From assembly GCF_014280175.1 (NCBI RefSeq), contig NZ_CP047931.1:1050001-1082000 (forward strand): DNA of 32,000 nt, read 5' to 3'. How positions within the stretch are numbered: position 1 is the first letter of the stretch; each line of letters opens with the position of its first letter. Origin of the DNA: Synechococcus sp. A15-28 (GTDB lineage Bacteria; Cyanobacteriota; Cyanobacteriia; PCC-6307; Cyanobiaceae). The notes below the pieces were generated by a model, which saw nothing but the letters and a program-made list of their open reading frames with translations, searched no databases and was not told the origin of the DNA. Made by a program: the position numbers and the translations under genes. Below are positions 27,375 to 32,000 of this stretch, piece after piece.

Positions 27375-27482
27375 ATGGGCATCGACTTCCATCTGATCGC
27401 CAATTTCGGTGCCCTTGCGCTGATCACCCTGGCCGGTCCCGCTGTGATCTTCATCCTCTTCTACCGCCGCGGTGCGCTCTGA
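27375..27482 (+). CDS. psb30: photosystem II reaction centre protein Psb30 (Ycf12)
   Basis: Read directly, absent from the ORF track because it is short: ATG...TGA encoding [35 protein letters not shown] (35 aa), matching the Psb30/Ycf12 pattern. Confidence 0.88.
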
Positions 27483-27486
27483 AGCA

Positions 27487-29391
27487 TCACGCTCGTAACC
27501 CAAGGGCCAGCGACGCTTCCTGCAGCAAGGACTGAATCCTGGAGTCGGAGGCACGCTGGTCCTGGCAGACCAATTTTTGGTTGTGGTCGATTTCAGCCAC
27601 GAGAGTCTCGCCACCAGCATTGGTTACGCAAAAACCAGTGGATGAGTTGTCGGCGGGCTTGCGGCAGGCCAGGTAGCTGAGTGAACCAAGGCTGAGTCGC
27701 ACGTTCTCTGTGTGCTCACGGAGAGCTTTGAGTTCGAGCTGTAACCGTCGCTCACCACGCCAGACATTGCGTTTCAGCTCATAGGCAACGTCCACCAGTG
27801 GTGGCATCGGATTCAATGCTGGGCAGCGCCAAGCCACCGCGCGTCGTTGGTGTCCCCCCTGCTCCAGCGTCACTGCCAGGTGCCCCCCATTCAGGGCCCG
27901 CCAATCCACCACTGCGCATCCCCTGGACCAGAACAACGGAGCCGGATGTCCGACGCCATGGGGGGTCAGTGTTTCGAGTGCGTCCCAAAGATCCCAGTTG
28001 ATCTCCTGGAGTTTCAGACAAGCCTCAGGACGCACCGGTCGACCTGTCCCCTGTTGCTTCAGCCACGGTTCGGTGAGTTGATTCAGTCGCTCATGCAGCG
28101 CATGAACCTGGCTGGCCTTCACCGTGAAACCACCGGCGGCCGGGTGACCGCCGAACCGATCCAGCAGATCAGCGCAGCTTGTCAGCGCCTGATCCACGGC
28201 GAAGCCAAGGGGGGCACGGGCTGAGGCCCGCAGCTTTCCCTCACCATCACCGGCCAGCAGCGCCACCGGTCGGTGGTAACGCTCCATGAGACGCGCGGCG
28301 ACGATGCCGATCACCCCGTGATGCCAGTGGCTCTGGGCCAACAGCAGAAACGGTGGAATCTTCCCCTCGGCATCCGAGTCCACCAGGGCGGTTGCTTCGG
28401 CTTCGATGGCATCGCAGAGGTCCCGTCGTTGGCGGTTGAGATCGTCACAACGACGCGCCAAAGCCATGGTTTTGCCGGGATCGGATTCGGTGAGGAGGTC
28501 CACCACCAGAACGGGATCGCCCAGACGCCCGACCGCATTGATCCTCGGGGCCAGTTGAAAGCCGATGTCCTCAGCGTTCAAGGGCGTATCGCCGAGACCC
28601 GCCAGCCGCTGAAGAGCCATCAGCCCTTCACAGCGGCTGCGATGCAACGTGGCGAGTCCCTCCAGCAACCACCGACGGTTCGCCCCGGTCAGCGGTGCCA
28701 TGTCGGCCACCGTGCCGATGCAGAACAGATCGCGGGCCACCTGAATCGCCTCCATGCGGCCCAGCCGTTCGGCGACGCTGCTGGCCAGCACATAGGCCAG
28801 CCCCACACCCGCAAGACCGCGGTAGGGAGAGTCTTCTGGCGTGGTGGCGGGATGAAGAAGCGCCGTCATCCAGGGACGGGGCTCGGGGATGGTGTGGTGA
28901 TCGGTCACGATCACGTCCATCGACAGCGCCCTGGCCCGACTGAGGGCCTCCTCTGCTGCGACGCCGTTGTCCACGGTGACCAGCAGCCGGATGCCCTGGG
29001 CATACAGACGATCCACCATGGCTGGGTTGAGGCCATAGCCCTCGTCCATGCGGGAGGGGATCGCGGGTTCCGCCTTGGCTCCAAGTGGTTCAAGGGCCCT
29101 CAGCAACAGAGCGGTACTGGTCATCCCATCGGCGTCGTAATCGCCGCAGACCGCCAGTGCTTCACCGTTTGCGCAGGCCTGACAGATCCGATCGACGGCG
29201 ATCGGGAGATCCGGAAAATGGCTGCAGGCATTAGGCAGTTCCGGCGGACTGAGCAGGTCTGCCACCTGCGCTTCGCTCAACCCGCGACGAAGCAACAGTG
29301 TTCTCAGTGGAAGGGGTAACGGCAGTTGAGGCAATGGACAGACATCCACAACAGCCGGAAGCACCCAGGTATGCGGTGAGGTGGCACTCAT
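27487..29391 (-). CDS. recJ: single-stranded-DNA-specific exonuclease RecJ
   Basis: AVCGDYDADGMTSTALLLRAL, TVDNGV, VIVTDHHTIP (DHH), LVDLLTESD, and DHHA1 region FGGHPAAGGFTV. Confidence 0.95.
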   Translation of the reverse strand: MSATSPHTWVLPAVVDVCPLPQLPLPLPLRTLLLRRGLSEAQVADLLSPPELPNACSHFPDLPIAVDRICQACANGEALAVCGDYDADGMTSTALLLRALEPLGAKAEPAIPSRMDEGYGLNPAMVDRLYAQGIRLLVTVDNGVAAEEALSRARALSMDVIVTDHHTIPEPRPWMTALLHPATTPEDSPYRGLAGVGLAYVLASSVAERLGRMEAIQVARDLFCIGTVADMAPLTGANRRWLLEGLATLHRSRCEGLMALQRLAGLGDTPLNAEDIGFQLAPRINAVGRLGDPVLVVDLLTESDPGKTMALARRCDDLNRQRRDLCDAIEAEATALVDSDAEGKIPPFLLLAQSHWHHGVIGIVAARLMERYHRPVALLAGDGEGKLRASARAPLGFAVDQALTSCADLLDRFGGHPAAGGFTVKASQVHALHERLNQLTEPWLKQQGTGRPVRPEACLKLQEINWDLWDALETLTPHGVGHPAPLFWSRGCAVVDWRALNGGHLAVTLEQGGHQRRAVAWRCPALNPMPPLVDVAYELKRNVWRGERRLQLELKALREHTENVRLSLGSLSYLACRKPADNSSTGFCVTNAGGETLVAEIDHNQKLVCQDQRASDSRIQSLLQEASLALGLRA

Positions 29392-29415
29392 GTATCAGCA
29401 TTGTGCCCGTTCCGC

Positions 29416-30177
29416 ATGGTGTTGATGACCTTGCTGCAGGGGGTGTTCTGGGATGTGGACGGCACCTTGGCCAATACGGAGATGGAGGGACATCGTCCGG
29501 CCTTCAACCGTGCCTTTGCTGACCTGGATCTCGAGATCGCCTGGGGGCCGGAGCTGTACGCCGAACTGCTTTCCATACCCGGTGGGATGAGGCGGGTCCA
29601 GTGGTACGCCGGCTCCAGAGGGATGAGCCTCAGTGAGGCCCAGCTGCATGCGATTCGCGACCGCAAACGGGTCCATTACACAGAGCTGGCTCGATCAGGT
29701 GCCGTGTCTCTGCGGCCAGGTGTTCGTCGCCTTTTGGAGCAATTGAACGGTGCCGGGATCCGTCAATGGATAGTGACCTCGAGTGGCCTGGCTTCTGTGG
29801 AGGCCTTGCTGGGCAGCACTCCCGATCTCAGGCCGTTGTTCCAGGGCATCGTCACTGCAGATGACGTGGAGGAAGGCAAACCCTCTCCGCAGGGATACCT
29901 GTGCGCCTTGCAGCGATCTCTACTTCCGATGGATCAAACGCTGGTGATCGAAGACTCCGAAGCGGGTCTGGAGGCCGCCCGTGCTGCCGGCTTGCGCTGC
30001 CTCTTGACTCCTTCCCCCTGGGACGTTCGCCTGAAGGAGCGTTTCAGCGAGGCCATCGCCGTGTTTGATCACCTCGGCGACGTGTCAGCACCTGCAACTC
30101 AGGTCAATGGCCCCCCTTGCCGCGAAGGGATGGTGACGCTGGAGTATCTGCAGACGTTCGGCTCTAACGCAGGATGA
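29416..30177 (+). CDS. HAD-superfamily hydrolase, CbbY/beta-phosphoglucomutase-like
   Basis: FWDVDGTLANTEMEGHRPAFN, IVTSSG, VEEGKPSPQGYLCAL, VIEDSEAGLEAARAAGL. Track start 29401 is TTG; the ATG at 29416 or 29425 is more likely. Confidence 0.93.
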   Translation: MVLMTLLQGVFWDVDGTLANTEMEGHRPAFNRAFADLDLEIAWGPELYAELLSIPGGMRRVQWYAGSRGMSLSEAQLHAIRDRKRVHYTELARSGAVSLRPGVRRLLEQLNGAGIRQWIVTSSGLASVEALLGSTPDLRPLFQGIVTADDVEEGKPSPQGYLCALQRSLLPMDQTLVIEDSEAGLEAARAAGLRCLLTPSPWDVRLKERFSEAIAVFDHLGDVSAPATQVNGPPCREGMVTLEYLQTFGSNAG

Positions 30178-30512
30178 GCTCCCTGCAGCACACACGGCTC
30201 TCCCGCTTGCAGCACCGCATCGGAGTTGTCCTGGCGGACACTCTCTCTGGTCCGTGGTGGCGCCGAAGTCTGTTGATCATCGGCGTGTTGGTCGGCTTTC
30301 TGCTCGGTAGCAGCCTGACGGATCTTCTTTCGGATGCTGTTGATGGGCGAACGTTCCACGCCTTAACGACGCTGATCGGCTGTGAACTGCTGGTGGCCCT
30401 GCGTCGACGGTTTCTGACGACTCCCGTGGCGTTGCACTGGCGTCTGCTGGACAACCTTCGGTTCGGTTTTGTCTACGCGGTTGTTCTGGAGGCGTTCAAA
30501 GTTGGATCCTGA
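30174..30512 (+). CDS. DUF565 / Ycf20-like membrane protein
   Basis: RRSLLIIGVLVGFLLGSSLTDLL ... [26 protein letters not shown] overlap with the HAD gene. Confidence 0.85.
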   Translation: MSSLQHTRLSRLQHRIGVVLADTLSGPWWRRSLLIIGVLVGFLLGSSLTDLLSDAVDGRTFHALTTLIGCELLVALRRRFLTTPVALHWRLLDNLRFGFVYAVVLEAFKVGS

Positions 30513-31455
30513 CGGCCAACGCGATCTTCCAGCGCTCGATCAGCAGCGTCTGCTGAGCTATCTCGACGTTTCTGATCCAGTGGCCTGGGAGCAGCGGTGG
30601 CGCAGCAGCCAGCTACTTGAGGCCACGTTGAATCTCTGGCCCGCCAGTGCCTCTCCGGACTGGCTTTGGAGCCTCGGCCTGCCTTTGCTCACCGAGGCAG
30701 CAACGGATCAAGGCCAACGTCGTCTGATCGGCTTGAGCGCTTTGCCTGGGTGCGGCAAAACAACGCTTGGACATTGGCTCGAACGGGCAGCACGGCAGCT
30801 TGACCTGTCGCTTCAGGTGGTCTCGATCGATGATTTCTACTTTGAAGCGGAGCGTCTGGACCAGGCGATGGGCGGTAACCCTTGGGGGGTGCCTCGTGCC
30901 CTGCCGGGCAGTCACGACCTGCCGTTGTTGCTTCAGACCCTCAGCCGATGGAAAGACGGCGAACAGGTGGACCTGCCGCAGTTCGATAAATCCCTGCGTC
31001 AAGGCCGCGGGGACCGATGCGGCTGGCGCAGCTGTTCAGCGCAGATTCTCCTGCTGGAGGGCTGGTTCGTCGGTTGCCAGCCACTTGCTCAGAACACTTC
31101 AATCGAACTCGGTTGTGAGCATCTCTTTCCTTCCATTCGTTCAGAAGAACGCGATGCCCGGGCGGCCGTCCAGGTCGAACTGCGCCGATACGAACAAATC
31201 TGGTCTGAACTCGACAGCCTCTGGCAGATCGCAGCCCAGGACTTCCGATCACCACAGATCTGGAAGCGCCAGCAGGAGCAGCAGATGCTTCAAAACACAG
31301 GTGTTGCCCTGGACAGCGACAGCCTGAAGGGGTTCATCCGCATGATTCTCACGGCAATTCCCCCCCAGAGTTTCGATCGGATTCAGGCCGATGTCCGCGT
31401 GGAGGTTGATCCGGACCGACGGCTGCGCCAGCTCCGCATCAGGCAGAAGGCTTAG
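30469..31455 (+). CDS. glycerate kinase, cyanobacterial/plant-type P-loop family
   Basis: P-loop [63 protein letters not shown]. The start is uncertain; the true start is likely near 30500, overlapping the DUF565 stop. Confidence 0.85.
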   Translation: MSTRLFWRRSKLDPDGQRDLPALDQQRLLSYLDVSDPVAWEQRWRSSQLLEATLNLWPASASPDWLWSLGLPLLTEAATDQGQRRLIGLSALPGCGKTTLGHWLERAARQLDLSLQVVSIDDFYFEAERLDQAMGGNPWGVPRALPGSHDLPLLLQTLSRWKDGEQVDLPQFDKSLRQGRGDRCGWRSCSAQILLLEGWFVGCQPLAQNTSIELGCEHLFPSIRSEERDARAAVQVELRRYEQIWSELDSLWQIAAQDFRSPQIWKRQQEQQMLQNTGVALDSDSLKGFIRMILTAIPPQSFDRIQADVRVEVDPDRRLRQLRIRQKA

Positions 31456-31628
31456 GACTCTTCGCCCTCTGCTTCACTCACGGGATAAACAAATCCCTGG
31501 GCTCGCCCGCTGAGCACAGATTTACCGATGGACATGGCTCGCTTCGCCGCCACGGCAGCCTTTCCTTTCCAAGTGGCACTGCGCTGATTGCGCTTGGCCT
31601 TCGAGGTTTTCTTCTTCGGGACGGCCAT
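31452..31628 (-). CDS. rpmF: 50S ribosomal protein L32
   Basis: Read directly, absent from the ORF track: [58 protein letters not shown] (58 aa). Confidence 0.96.
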   Translation of the reverse strand: MAVPKKKTSKAKRNQRSATWKGKAAVAAKRAMSIGKSVLSGRAQGFVYPVSEAEGEES

Positions 31629-31714
31629 TGCGCCTGGTCAATTCCAAACGGCAATTGTCTGTTGTCGGGACGCCTTGCGTCAAATCGCTAAGGTCAAGAC
31701 AATTCAATGTTGTC

Positions 31715-32000
31715 GTGACTTCAGGATCGGAAGGGTCGAAGGAATCGTCGTCTCCTCAATCTTTACCGAGCTTGTTCGGAGACAAATCCAACTCTGTCAG
31801 TTACTCGAGCTTGCTGGATAAGATCCGCAGCGGCGAGGTCAGCAGCCTGGAACTTGTCCCGGCCCGCCGAGAGGTGCGGGTCACCTATCCCGATGGCAGC
31901 CAATCAACCGTCAGCATTTTCGCTAACGATCAGCAGATCCTGAGGGCTGCCGAAGCATCCGCCACGCCGCTGACGGTGCGGGACATTCGCAGCGAGCAGG
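31715..32000 (+). CDS. ftsH: FtsH-like ATP-dependent zinc metalloprotease, N-terminal fragment truncated by window end
   Basis: Open frame to the window end from a GTG at 31715: VTSGSEGSKESSSPQSLPSLFGDKSNSVSYSSLLDKIRSGEVSSLELVPARREVRVTYPDGSQSTVSIFANDQQILRAAEASATPLTVRDIRSEQ. Resembles the FtsH periplasmic/extracellular domain. No catalytic motifs are visible in the window. Confidence 0.6.
   Translation, partial: MTSGSEGSKESSSPQSLPSLFGDKSNSVSYSSLLDKIRSGEVSSLELVPARREVRVTYPDGSQSTVSIFANDQQILRAAEASATPLTVRDIRSEQ

Noticed and set aside
28273-29319. 348 aa plus-strand ORF antisense to recJ
   Set aside because: Mirror ORF of recJ with no family features; recJ motifs are unambiguous on the minus strand.
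1-32000. Mobile elements, CRISPR arrays, tRNA/rRNA genes, restriction or toxin-antitoxin systems
   Set aside because: Read through for transposase/integrase motifs, regularly spaced repeats and tRNA-like features; none recognised. Short ncRNAs cannot be excluded without a covariance-model search (Infernal/Rfam).

Overview
This looks like a gene-dense, high-GC, chromosomal housekeeping region of a marine Synechococcus-like picocyanobacterium. The lineage is inferred from gene content: acsF, psb30/ycf12, a cyanobacterial-type glycerate kinase, DUF2808, DUF2996 and DUF565/Ycf20-like proteins. From left to right it holds: a minus-strand operon with an SGNH hydrolase, a PhnC/D/E-like (possibly selenate/phosphonate/phosphite-type) ABC transporter and an aspartate aminotransferase-like gene; a VOC protein; a type-4 uracil-DNA glycosylase; ispG; a C-terminal processing protease; mfd; a zinc-ribbon/TM small protein with an uncharacterised ~290 aa protein; DUF2808; a protein with an internal duplication; a TerC-family protein; small conserved hypotheticals; fmt; the TldD/TldE(PmbA) pair; acsF; DUF2996; ubiX; an RNase II/R; two half-size UPF0016/GDT1 genes; a YkgJ-type cysteine-cluster protein; psb30 (absent from the supplied ORF track); recJ; a HAD hydrolase; DUF565; glycerate kinase; rpmF (also absent from the track); and the start of an ftsH-like gene. 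I saw no CRISPR array, transposase, integrase, tRNA/rRNA or recognisable defence or secondary-metabolite system. The most interesting items are modest: the transporter/SGNH-hydrolase coupling, the uncharacterised pair at 12.76-13.91 kb, the duplicated LK-x-GW motif protein, the tandem half-size UPF0016 genes, and small uncharacterised proteins.
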